DNA from: Candidatus Omnitrophota bacterium
Lineage (GTDB): Bacteria > Omnitrophota > Gorgyraeia > Zapsychrales > JBAZNR01
Assembly (NCBI GenBank): GCA_041649175.1
Contig: JBAZNR010000001.1
Coordinates: forward strand, 158,934-222,933
Direction: 5' to 3'
Length of the DNA stretch: 64,000 bases
Part shown: piece by piece, positions 45,551 to 54,454 of the stretch
How the letters are laid out: every line of letters begins with the position of its first letter
How positions within the stretch are numbered: position 1 is the first letter of the stretch
Notes under the pieces: generated by a model
Told to the model about the DNA's origin: nothing
Databases searched by the model: none
Seen by the model: the letters and a program-made list of their open reading frames with translations, nothing else
Translations under genes and position numbers: made by a program

Positions 45551-47719
45551 CTAACTCAAAGTTTCCTTAAATCTATCCAAACATATTTTCATAAATTGAT
45601 CCGGAAAAGCGTCAAACATCCTTTCCGCATGGCCGCCATCTTCCATGATGGTCAAAAGCTTAGGCTCCTTTGCCTTTGCAAATAAAAGCTGACTATGACT
45701 CAGCTTGACGAGCCAGTCTTTCTCACCATGAAGGAAGAGAACCGGTGTCGGTGATATCTTATCAACAACGTCGCGAGGCCGGATCTTTTGTAAAGCCAGG
45801 CTGCCTGACCTGACACCCTTCCCTTTCCCTTTGATCCCAAAATTAAGCATGAGATCTCTCCACATATCTTTTTCCCAAAAATGAAAATCGATCTTTCCTA
45901 AATCTGACGGGGAACTGACAGCGATCACACTATCAATGTTCTGATGGAAACTTGCCTCAACCAATGCGATCGCAGCACCCAGTGAAAACCCGATCACGCC
46001 GATTTTTTCATACTTGTTTTCTTTCGCATAAGCCGTGATCGCCCGAAGATCTTTTTGTTCAAGCGCTGTCCACGTAAACACATCGCTGCTCTTGCCATGC
46101 CCGCGAAAATCGAACACGATCACATCGTATTCTTTGCTAAATGCGTCAGCCATCCCTTTAAATAAAACCGTATCCTTATTGTTGTAAAATCCGGGCGCGA
46201 TAATAATAACTTTGAAAAACCCTCCTTTAATATGAAGAAAGGAGATGCGTTTCCCATCCTCTGTCATCACGTAACGATCAGGCTCGCTCTCCTGCGCAGG
46301 AGAAGGCGTCAGTTCAGCAGTTTTCGCCGTTCCATTAAGCGGAGTTGCGACTAAGTCGCCGGCCGCGCTCTTAGAAGAAAGGTCGTCGCTCTTTACCGTC
46401 GTATCATTAATTTTCTTGGGTTCCGTTTTCTTAAAATTTCCTTCAAAGATCGACATGATTATGGATTGAACATAATTTTTGTAAATATCCAACTCTGCTC
46501 TCATGCGCCAAAAGAAAAGATACTGCGAACTATTTCTCTTGCCCACGGAAATTGTTTTTCTTGATCTCGCATCTTCATAAATGGCTAACATGCGTTTGGC
46601 GGAGGCACTGATCGTGTATTTTTCTGCCGTCGTTCTTGCGGCCTGCTTTATGGTTTGTGTTTCTTCGGGAGAACGATTTAAAACCCACAGCAGTGCCTCA
46701 GAAAAGCTGGGTTGATCCATCTCCATAAGCAATCGTCCGTTACTGCCGTCTTTGACCATGTCCCGCGCTCCGGGCGCATCCAGCGCTACCACCGGAGCAC
46801 CTGATGCCATGGCTTCAATCAAGACGATCCCTTGAGTTTCGCTTAATGAGGCAAAGGCAAAAACATCCATAGCAAAATAAGCATCAACCAAATTCTGATA
46901 CTGCAAAACCCCGACCAAATGCACTCTTTCTTGAAGACCGGCTTTTTGAAAGGTGCCTTTGATCATTTTCTCTGATGAGCCTTTGCCAACGATCAGGGCA
47001 TGGACTCTTGTATCTTTCTTTAACGCTTCAACCATGCACTGGATCAGAAAGTCCAAATTTTTTTCCGACGCCAGACGCCCCGCATGTCCGATCACTAAGG
47101 CATCAAGAGGGATGTGGTTCTGCTCGCGAAACCCTTTTCTATCGCCTTTTGAGAAACGCTTCAAATCAACCCCGGTCGGAACGATCTCCATGGGTGTTTT
47201 AACACCTCTTTTAAGCAAGATTTCCTGCACGCTTTCGCAGGGCACGATCAGCCGGTCCACAAAATTGGCATATCCGGCAGACAGCTTGACCATAAATCGC
47301 TTGACTCCCTCGTTCTGAACCGGCAAATCCTGTGTGTACTCCTCAAACATCGTATGATACGTAAAGACCAGCGGTATAGCGTGCTGCCGGCTGAGGCGTA
47401 GAGCAAAATCTCCCATAAAAAACGGGCAATGGCTGTGGACAATATCCGGTGAAAATTCTTTCATAAGCCGCGTTAAGAGCATGGAAAACGGAAAATTAAC
47501 AGAGAAAATCGTCCGGTTGAATTTTTGGAAAGCGGGAAGCCGGATAACACCCGGCTCCTCTACGGGAGCCCCGTTAAAGGTTGGAGTCACGATCAAAACC
47601 TCATGCCCCAAAGTTTTAAATTCTTCGCTAAAAGAATAAACCGATTGCTCTAATCCTCCGACGATCGGGAAATAGGTATTTGTCATCATGAGAATTCTCA
47701 TTTTTTCTCCTTCGCACAA
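45551..47719 (-). CDS. fusion of N-terminal GT4 glycosyltransferase and C-terminal alpha/beta-hydrolase
   Basis: 'MRILMMTNTYFPIVGGLEQSV…' GT-B/GT4 and EX7E-like region; C-terminal 'GVIGFSLGAAIAL' nucleophile elbow. Confidence 0.6.
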   Translation of the reverse strand: MCEGEKMRILMMTNTYFPIVGGLEQSVYSFSEEFKTLGHEVLIVTPTFNGAPVEEPGVIRLPAFQKFNRTIFSVNFPFSMLLTRLMKEFSPDIVHSHCPFFMGDFALRLSRQHAIPLVFTYHTMFEEYTQDLPVQNEGVKRFMVKLSAGYANFVDRLIVPCESVQEILLKRGVKTPMEIVPTGVDLKRFSKGDRKGFREQNHIPLDALVIGHAGRLASEKNLDFLIQCMVEALKKDTRVHALIVGKGSSEKMIKGTFQKAGLQERVHLVGVLQYQNLVDAYFAMDVFAFASLSETQGIVLIEAMASGAPVVALDAPGARDMVKDGSNGRLLMEMDQPSFSEALLWVLNRSPEETQTIKQAARTTAEKYTISASAKRMLAIYEDARSRKTISVGKRNSSQYLFFWRMRAELDIYKNYVQSIIMSIFEGNFKKTEPKKINDTTVKSDDLSSKSAAGDLVATPLNGTAKTAELTPSPAQESEPDRYVMTEDGKRISFLHIKGGFFKVIIIAPGFYNNKDTVLFKGMADAFSKEYDVIVFDFRGHGKSSDVFTWTALEQKDLRAITAYAKENKYEKIGVIGFSLGAAIALVEASFHQNIDSVIAVSSPSDLGKIDFHFWEKDMWRDLMLNFGIKGKGKGVRSGSLALQKIRPRDVVDKISPTPVLFLHGEKDWLVKLSHSQLLFAKAKEPKLLTIMEDGGHAERMFDAFPDQFMKICLDRFKETLS

Positions 47720-49197
47720 GCGCAGACCAATCCATCCATTGAGGATTGGGTCTTTAATTCTATAAGCGCTTTTCTAGCCGCTATACATATCGCGTCGTAA
47801 GAGTTTTTCGCCCCCATGGCTAAGCCTTCTTTTTCCAGGTCTTTAGGCAGAAGCGGCTTACCAAACCTCACCCTGATCGGATGGCGCTTAGGATACGTTG
47901 CCGTACTAGACCAAGCCTCATGAGCTCCTTCGATCGCCACAGGCACAAGCTTTGCCCCTGTCTCCTTGGCCAAGACGCCGAATCCTTTTTTAAATTTCCC
48001 GATTTTGCCAGTAGCGCTGCGCAACCCTTCAGGAAAGAAACACAAGCCCTTTCCATGTTCTAACACAAGAAAACAACTACGTAGCGCTTCTAAGAAATGC
48101 GTTGAGAAATCAAAAGGAATAAATCTTCCCATCTTGACGAGATTCCATAAAATACTAGACTTTTCAAACGGCCTAAAAAAATACGGCCCAAAAACAAAAT
48201 AAAAAAGCTGAAACACTGGTCGACGCGGCAAACAAGCGGCAATGGCTGGCCCATCAAGAAAACTCGTATGGTTGCCATACAGAATATAAGCTCCTTCTTC
48301 AGGTACGTTCTTTGCGCCTTCTTCTTTAATACTGAAAAACAACTTAAAAATCAAACAATCGATAGCTGTCAAAACAAATCGAAACAACCAGGCAAAGTAA
48401 CCTGTGCTCAATTCGATCATTTCCAAATTTTCTTTTTTCGGCGGTACGCGTAAATTTTCTTTCCAATAGTCTGGCCCTAAAGGTATCTTTTGATTCTTCG
48501 AGGAAATGCCTTTGGCTTCCTTCAGCGCCTCCGCTATCCCTAAAATAAGATCCTTGACGCTAAAGGCTCTCGAGATCGCCTCTTCATTTATATCAGTTCC
48601 AAGAGCTGCCTCAAGGCACGAAGCAAGCTCTAGCCTGCCTAATGAATCTATGCCAATGTCCAGCTCTAATGAATTCTCAAGGATTATTGATCCGGTGATA
48701 CCGCTTTGTTCCTTCAAACATTTTAAAACTTTTATGCCGATCTCAGACTCTATCAAAAGAAGATCTTCTGGTAAAAGTTCTTTTGATACCGGAAGAGAGC
48801 CTTCTATGCCCTTAATCACCCTGGATTCATATATCTTCTTGACTGCGCTTCTTTCTAACTTACCGAAAAGCGTATGGGGTAAATCCTCAAGCGTAATCGT
48901 AAAACCTTTAAGCCTTTTATGCAAAGGGAGTGATTGCGAGGCATTGTCAAATCTCTCCTTAATGACAGAGCGTAGATTCACTTCACCAAATTCCCTAAAA
49001 TCATCAAGATCTGGCTGAATAATAGCCCAAAGAACTTTCGTCTTCCCTGCGCCTTCCATTCCAGAGACTGTAAAAACGCACATCTCTTTGACCGGAGCAA
49101 CTTTTGTATAAGCTTGCTCAATCTCTTCCGGATAAATTTTTTCCCCCGATTTCAATATGATAAAATTTTTAATTCTGGATGTCAGAGATGTGGTCAT
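47698..49197 (-). CDS. three-part protein: AMP-binding C-terminal subdomain, ACP (PP-binding) domain, PlsC-type lysophospholipid acyltransferase
   Basis: 'KSGEKIYPEEIEQAYTKVAPVKEMCVFTV' (AMP-binding_C-like); 'LDIGIDSLGRLEL' phosphopantetheine Ser motif; 'GNHTSFLDGP' HX4D acyltransferase motif. Confidence 0.5.
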   Translation of the reverse strand: MTTSLTSRIKNFIILKSGEKIYPEEIEQAYTKVAPVKEMCVFTVSGMEGAGKTKVLWAIIQPDLDDFREFGEVNLRSVIKERFDNASQSLPLHKRLKGFTITLEDLPHTLFGKLERSAVKKIYESRVIKGIEGSLPVSKELLPEDLLLIESEIGIKVLKCLKEQSGITGSIILENSLELDIGIDSLGRLELASCLEAALGTDINEEAISRAFSVKDLILGIAEALKEAKGISSKNQKIPLGPDYWKENLRVPPKKENLEMIELSTGYFAWLFRFVLTAIDCLIFKLFFSIKEEGAKNVPEEGAYILYGNHTSFLDGPAIAACLPRRPVFQLFYFVFGPYFFRPFEKSSILWNLVKMGRFIPFDFSTHFLEALRSCFLVLEHGKGLCFFPEGLRSATGKIGKFKKGFGVLAKETGAKLVPVAIEGAHEAWSSTATYPKRHPIRVRFGKPLLPKDLEKEGLAMGAKNSYDAICIAARKALIELKTQSSMDGLVCACAKEKK

Positions 49198-49201
49198 TTA
49201 T

Positions 49202-51934
49202 CTACCTCGCTCCTGTCGGCAAGCAGGATTTCAATTCAAAAGAATTCGTTCCTGGTGTAATTCTAACGTCATTAAAACCTTGCAATTGAATATCTATGGG
49301 TGGCTCGCTCTCAAACCACTGTCCTTGCCATTCGACAAGGATATTTTGCCCTTGAGGTTTTATGGAAATTTGAATATTTCCAAAACTTGTTGGCGCGGGA
49401 CCAAAAGAGATCGTTTGTTTTTTTTCTAACCAGATACACGGGATCCCGGAACATAAGATCAATCGCTCACCTTCTTCGCGCACAAAACAATTTCTGATCA
49501 TCAAAACCCATTCCGCCGCGGCCCACACATGCTGTCCGTCCCCCATACATCCGCCACCGGTACGCGGATGGACCGACTCAGGCCATTGCCCCGTTGGTGA
49601 AGCCAGCTTGGCCACCGCAGTCATCAAATCAAAATACCTTGGATCTCCCGCACGCAAAAGCACTTGAGCTAAATGCAGCGTAAGGTACGGATTGATCCCA
49701 GAATGAGTCATATCATGAAAGAATCCGCCATGAACTAAACAATTTTTCATTAAGAAATCAGCTGTGTCTAAGATCTTTGGGTCATTGGGTTCAAAAACAC
49801 GAAGCGGATAACTCGCCACCAAAGAGCCGATAGCCCCTGTATCCAAGCGCCGATAGGGAGAAGCTGGTATGGTAGGCTTTTTAAAACGCTCTTCCACTTT
49901 TTTTAAACTTTGTTCAATGCTGGCAAGTAATGCCTGCGATTCCTTTTCAAAATAAACAGCCTTCTCCTGATCTTTATAAGCCGCGCATAAAAAGGCTGAC
50001 GCTTTTAATCCTGCAACAGCCCAAAAGTCATCCCAATAATAAAAATCATTTGGCCCCAAATGCTCGGCGCTAAATCCCGATGGCAGTAAGCCCGCATGAG
50101 GGGATTGCAAGTTACTCGGCAAACGCTTTTTGCAGATCCACTGGCTCGCTTTATGGATGGATTCTTTCCATTCGTTAGGAGGGACATTTCCTGTCATCTC
50201 GCAATACTGACGCATGATCCACAAGGCCTCTCCATTAGAATCCCATTCCCCTTCTTGGGAAAGAAAATAACCTTGTTTTGTCTGGCGGGAACGAAAACAA
50301 TCTAGAGCCCTGCGGACACGCTCATTTAGCCCAACACATAACAAGGCATGCAATATGAACGCAGCATCACGAAACCAAAACCGTCGATAAATATAAGGAC
50401 CCGGATAAACTTCCCTGGGGGAATGCAGGACCATCGCATGAATCGCAGCTTCATAAAGAAATTGAAAATGCTCATCAGGAATTTTTAATGAACACACGCC
50501 TTGAAGGCTTTTTGCCCACTGTGCTTTAGCAATGTCTTGATAGTCTCCATAAGATTTTTCTTCATTTTTATTTTTCGTTAAAGGTACTGAAATAGTAATT
50601 TCTTCTTTTTGTCCGGATTCTAATATGAAAATAGCAGCAGAGCTAGCCATGCCGACTTTGCATGCCACTTCTTTTTCATTTTCTTCCGACGAAAACAACG
50701 GATCTTCCTGTTTTTTCTTCGTCGGTGGTATAGGAAAGGTCAAGCGGCTATATACATCGCCGCGATGATAATCAGAAAACATATACTGATCGGCGGGCTT
50801 ATCAAAATAGACGGAATGTTCGCGGTTAACTTGCCAGCCTAACGAGCCTTCCAGAAGAACAATACTATGTATAAAACTCACGCCTTCCGGGTTATACGGC
50901 CGCAAGGAGACAATTAATCGCGCATTGATAAAAACCTTTGCTGTGACTTTGATCTGGCAAAGAGGCGCTTGAGCTGATCCAATAACTTGCGTTCTTAATT
51001 GAAGGCTTAATTGATCTGAACTTGATGCTGTCGTCACATAAAAATCGTTATCTAGGCCCATCTTTTGCGATACGCTGTCACATTGCGACGGGATCAATGG
51101 ATCCCCTTTTTGGGGGATTATCCAGACATCAAGTGACCATCCATCATAATAGGGAGTCACAAGGCCGCGCGGATCCACCAAAGGGAAATCGATGCTATCG
51201 GGAACACCTAAGGCGGTCCAATTTCGGTGGGTAAGATTAATTTGGGTTAGCGAAAAAGATCTTGGAATGAACGCCACGTTGTGAGGATCATACTGGCATC
51301 GTACCCAATAGGGCCAGATCCAATCAAGATTATGCTGGATCGCTAAACTATTAAGTAAACCACGCGCGTGCAAAACAACGCCTGAGCGTAACAACTCCGT
51401 GGGAGCTGCTACCTCGGAAGGCTGCGAAAAGTTTTGCAATTGGGAAAGAACTTTGATGGGATCTAAAAACCCTTGCTTGCGCGCGGCATCAGTGACTAGA
51501 AATCTCCACGGAACCCATTTCCACCACACAAAATAAGCCCCCTTTTTTAAAAGAGACCTGAAAACCCACCACTTAAAGCAAATGAAAGTAAGCAATCCTG
51601 TAAACACCGCAGCGATAACCAAAGCCAAGAAAACAGAACTTGGCCACACGCTTAGAACATATCGGTTTATTAAAACATTAATTTCTAAGGCTAGGAAATT
51701 AATCAATATATACCGACGAATTTCAACATATGACGGCTGGTTACACTGAAATATCCAATATTTATTAAGCAAATACGCGGCAATACCCGCACACGTAAAA
51801 GAAACTGCTTTGGACAGACTGAAAGATAGAAAATGAATTAAGAAATAGTAAATACCAAAATCTACCGCCCCAACAAAAACCCCTGCGATAAGAAACCGGA
51901 CAATTTCTTTCTTAACATTCAGATTAGTTTTCAA
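49202..51934 (-). CDS. GtrA-like N-terminal membrane domain fused to a large (about 780 aa) six-hairpin glycosidase-like domain (GH15/GH63/GDE_C-like)
   Basis: N-terminal 4-TM 'RFLIAGVFVGAVDFGIYYFL…KYWIFQ' GtrA pattern; C-terminal alpha/alpha-toroid-like repeats. Hydrolase family not resolved. Confidence 0.45.
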   Translation of the reverse strand: MKTNLNVKKEIVRFLIAGVFVGAVDFGIYYFLIHFLSFSLSKAVSFTCAGIAAYLLNKYWIFQCNQPSYVEIRRYILINFLALEINVLINRYVLSVWPSSVFLALVIAAVFTGLLTFICFKWWVFRSLLKKGAYFVWWKWVPWRFLVTDAARKQGFLDPIKVLSQLQNFSQPSEVAAPTELLRSGVVLHARGLLNSLAIQHNLDWIWPYWVRCQYDPHNVAFIPRSFSLTQINLTHRNWTALGVPDSIDFPLVDPRGLVTPYYDGWSLDVWIIPQKGDPLIPSQCDSVSQKMGLDNDFYVTTASSSDQLSLQLRTQVIGSAQAPLCQIKVTAKVFINARLIVSLRPYNPEGVSFIHSIVLLEGSLGWQVNREHSVYFDKPADQYMFSDYHRGDVYSRLTFPIPPTKKKQEDPLFSSEENEKEVACKVGMASSAAIFILESGQKEEITISVPLTKNKNEEKSYGDYQDIAKAQWAKSLQGVCSLKIPDEHFQFLYEAAIHAMVLHSPREVYPGPYIYRRFWFRDAAFILHALLCVGLNERVRRALDCFRSRQTKQGYFLSQEGEWDSNGEALWIMRQYCEMTGNVPPNEWKESIHKASQWICKKRLPSNLQSPHAGLLPSGFSAEHLGPNDFYYWDDFWAVAGLKASAFLCAAYKDQEKAVYFEKESQALLASIEQSLKKVEERFKKPTIPASPYRRLDTGAIGSLVASYPLRVFEPNDPKILDTADFLMKNCLVHGGFFHDMTHSGINPYLTLHLAQVLLRAGDPRYFDLMTAVAKLASPTGQWPESVHPRTGGGCMGDGQHVWAAAEWVLMIRNCFVREEGERLILCSGIPCIWLEKKQTISFGPAPTSFGNIQISIKPQGQNILVEWQGQWFESEPPIDIQLQGFNDVRITPGTNSFELKSCLPTGAR

Positions 51935-52103
51935 TAAAATTTTCCTTCTGGATGGTCTATCTCTTCGTGATTTCCTGCGCTGTTAAAAACGAGGGACCCC
52001 TCTAAAAAATTGATCCTTAAAACAATAAGAATAGCTTTCTTGCTCAGAACTTACCATCCTCCGCCCCCTCCATCTTCAAGCAGAGGATGGTTTATCTTAA
52101 GTT

Positions 52104-52223
52104 CTATGTGGACATGATCTTCCGGCCGGCTTTACGATTCTTTACTTTTCCGCGTCCGCCGGGCCTCTTAGAAGCCCGCTTTTTTGCTGCCGTCATTCTT
52201 CCCCCTCGACTTTTCTTCGCCAT
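52104..52223 (-). CDS. candidate 39-aa highly basic protein (MAKKSRGGRMTAAKKRASKRPGGRGKVKNRKAGRKIMST). Not in the ORF track.
   Basis: Strong SD 'AAGGAGGT' 9 nt upstream of ATG (rc of 52224-52245); K/R content about 40%. Confidence 0.3.
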   Translation of the reverse strand: MAKKSRGGRMTAAKKRASKRPGGRGKVKNRKAGRKIMST

Positions 52224-52271
52224 TTCTTACAAACCTCCTTTTATGTTTTACAACTTGGTTGCCGTTTTTAA

Positions 52272-52931
52272 TTATTGTGTCGTAGTAGTGGTGGTCGTTG
52301 TGGTGGTTGTCGTGACAGTCGGTGAATACAGCGTAATATAACGCGCCAGCTGTTTCCCATCTTTTGCCACATATTCAACTTTAACAACATCGCCGGGCTT
52401 GATCATTAATTCCACGGGTTGTTTACTTGGACTGCGCATCACAATGATAGTCTTGGGGTCAAAAACAAAATAAGAGATCCTGCTTTTTTCTTCTTGGCCG
52501 ATCCTTACTCTTTCTTCCACCTCAAGCGTTCCAGCCGTAACATCAATAGCCTTTAACTCACCAAAGGCTTGCTGATACTCGGATGCCGGCAAAGGATTGA
52601 CAATGACTTTCTGTATAACTTTATCCTCTTGTCCGTCCGCCACATCAATAGTGACATATTGACCTGCCCGTAAGTCACCGACGTTGAGAAACTTTACATC
52701 CGCAGAATCAGTAACTCGCGTTTCATTTTGAGTAATTCTATACGCGATCGTTTTAGTGCCCTGGGGTGTCTCTCGATTAATTTCTAATTTACCTTGTTGA
52801 ATATCTACCCATCCGATTTCTCCTGATACCTGATGCACACCCACAGCCTCTTCAGCGCGCACAGATATGCCGCTGAATAATGCAACGGCCGCAATAACAC
52901 TAAATACTTTCAGATAATTTATATTCATCAA
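52272..52931 (-). CDS. secreted protein with C-terminal poly-Thr (T12) tail
   Basis: Signal peptide 'VIAAVALFSGISVRA'; C-terminus TVTTTTTTTTTTTTQ encoded by mixed ACN codons. Confidence 0.5.
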   Translation of the reverse strand: MMNINYLKVFSVIAAVALFSGISVRAEEAVGVHQVSGEIGWVDIQQGKLEINRETPQGTKTIAYRITQNETRVTDSADVKFLNVGDLRAGQYVTIDVADGQEDKVIQKVIVNPLPASEYQQAFGELKAIDVTAGTLEVEERVRIGQEEKSRISYFVFDPKTIIVMRSPSKQPVELMIKPGDVVKVEYVAKDGKQLARYITLYSPTVTTTTTTTTTTTTQ

Positions 52932-53004
52932 ACACGTTCCTTCCTAAAGATTAATTGTTTTAAATCACAGCATCCCGCTCTCACGAAAAAGACGTTGCCT
53001 TTCC

Positions 53005-53280
53005 TCAAAATTTTACTTTAAATTGCCCCTTACCATTATCTTGAGACGCCTCTTTCTTTTTTTCTTCTTTAATCACTTCTTTCTCAGCTATTTTTTCGGC
53101 CCTGATCTCCTTATTCTTCTTACTGTTGAACTCATCTCGGGTGCGTTTAAATTTTGCCTTTTCATTAGCATGCTCATACGCCGACATATTTGGGCGAGGT
53201 GATTTCTCGTTTCGCGCAAATCCTAAAACCGACACAGAAAACAATAGGCAGCACCCAATAACCATTATTTTCTTTTTCAT
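53005..53280 (-). CDS. small secreted Lys/Glu-rich protein
   Basis: Signal peptide MKKKIMVIGCCLLFSVSVLGFA; charged repetitive mature region. Confidence 0.35.
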   Translation of the reverse strand: MKKKIMVIGCCLLFSVSVLGFARNEKSPRPNMSAYEHANEKAKFKRTRDEFNSKKNKEIRAEKIAEKEVIKEEKKKEASQDNGKGQFKVKF

Positions 53281-53355
53281 TTCTTTTCCCTTTCTTTACG
53301 GAGCCCACAACAGTTAGTCTGCTCCTTTTAAAACTATCCCTCCGTTAGCGATCTA

Positions 53356-53634
53356 CTATTGGACAGCGCCTCTAACGGAATCCGCCACATCGCGACCCGC
53401 CGATTTAATATCATGCCCGACATCTTCAAGCGAGCTTCTAAAAAGTGGCCGTCCTCCGGCAATAGCCCAAATAAGAAAAACAGCCAAGAGGATAGCTAAA
53501 ACACCTGTAGGCCCATATCCCCACGACTTGTTGTAAGGCCAAGTGGGAAAAGTTGCCGCTAGAAAAACAACAATAATCAACAATAGTAAAGTTTCTGTAG
53601 TCATTTGATCTCTCCTTTTAGCGGACAGCCGCAA
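53356..53634 (-). CDS. small two-TM membrane protein
   Basis: ORF track; hydrophobic helices. Confidence 0.3.
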   Translation of the reverse strand: MRLSAKRRDQMTTETLLLLIIVVFLAATFPTWPYNKSWGYGPTGVLAILLAVFLIWAIAGGRPLFRSSLEDVGHDIKSAGRDVADSVRGAVQ

Positions 53635-54076
53635 TGCGGTTACTTTGCATCCCCGGAGAGGCCTGCGCGAAATGCGCCATCATATCATCAATGGATTTTA
53701 ACTTTGTGATCTCCATGCGATCTCGATGCAGTTTTAAGTCGCATCCTGTTTCCCTTTGAACAATTCTTTCAATGCTTGCCCAGCTACTGTGCTTGGAATT
53801 AAACTTAACTTGTTTGAGGTTCTTTAGGTCTAAGGAACCTCTGGATGTCCCAGGGAGATAAATCGTTCCATTGCTAAAATCGACAGCAAAGGCGATCACG
53901 CCTGGAATAATGCCAAAAAGCAATCCTATCCCATCGAGAAGAACAACTCCCGCGTCAATATGTCCTGCTCTTTGCCCTCTGCGCTCAGGATATAGAATTG
54001 TTCCGCAACCCATTAATTGAAAAACCAAAATACCGCAGATCAAGATACTCAATGTATTTGATAATTTTCTGAACAT
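53618..54076 (-). CDS. membrane/lipoprotein of unknown function
   Basis: 'ILICGILVFQLMGCG' lipobox-like, second TM. Confidence 0.35.
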   Translation of the reverse strand: MFRKLSNTLSILICGILVFQLMGCGTILYPERRGQRAGHIDAGVVLLDGIGLLFGIIPGVIAFAVDFSNGTIYLPGTSRGSLDLKNLKQVKFNSKHSSWASIERIVQRETGCDLKLHRDRMEITKLKSIDDMMAHFAQASPGMQSNRIAAVR

Positions 54077-54156
54077 AAATCCTCCACCTTTTTTGTGATA
54101 TTATTTTTTCGTTCTTATTTCTCACAGCGATACGTGCGCTCATTTCCGCAAATAAC

Positions 54157-54327
54157 TTACACAGACCCGATCCGAGCTCTCCCAAAAATGAAAATAATGA
54201 TCGACAGGATCAAAAAGACAAAAAATAGGATCTTGGCGATTTCAATGGCCGAACCCGCAATGCCACCAAACCCCAATAGCGCTGCAACAATAGCAATGAT
54301 AAAAAATGTAACCGCGTAATGTAACAT
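54157..54327 (-). CDS. UPF0391 / DUF1328 (YtjA-like) small membrane protein, 56 aa. Not in the ORF track.
   Basis: Hand translation gives [56 protein letters not shown], matching the '[21 protein letters not shown]' family core. Confidence 0.6.
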   Translation of the reverse strand: MLHYAVTFFIIAIVAALLGFGGIAGSAIEIAKILFFVFLILSIIIFIFGRARIGSV

Positions 54328-54383
54328 AGGGCCCTCCTTTCCTTTAACTTCATGATGATAATTCTAAAAGAAAGCAGGATTAA

Positions 54384-54405
54384 ATCAATTGTACCGAGGT
54401 ATACT
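54384..54405. promoter_or_regulatory. copy 1 of a conserved 22-nt motif ATCAATTGTACCGAGGTATACT, upstream of the UPF0391 gene and downstream of the FixJ-type RR
   Basis: 20/22 identical to 56566..56587. Confidence 0.4.
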
Positions 54406-54454
54406 CTTGGTTTTACTGATGAGAAGTTGACCTTTTCGAAGAATTAAGAAGCGG

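Noticed and set aside
52087-52341. + strand ORF ending in poly-Val (VVVVVVVVVV)
   Set aside because: Mirror-image reading of the poly-Thr codons (ACN) of the real minus-strand secreted protein 52272-52931.
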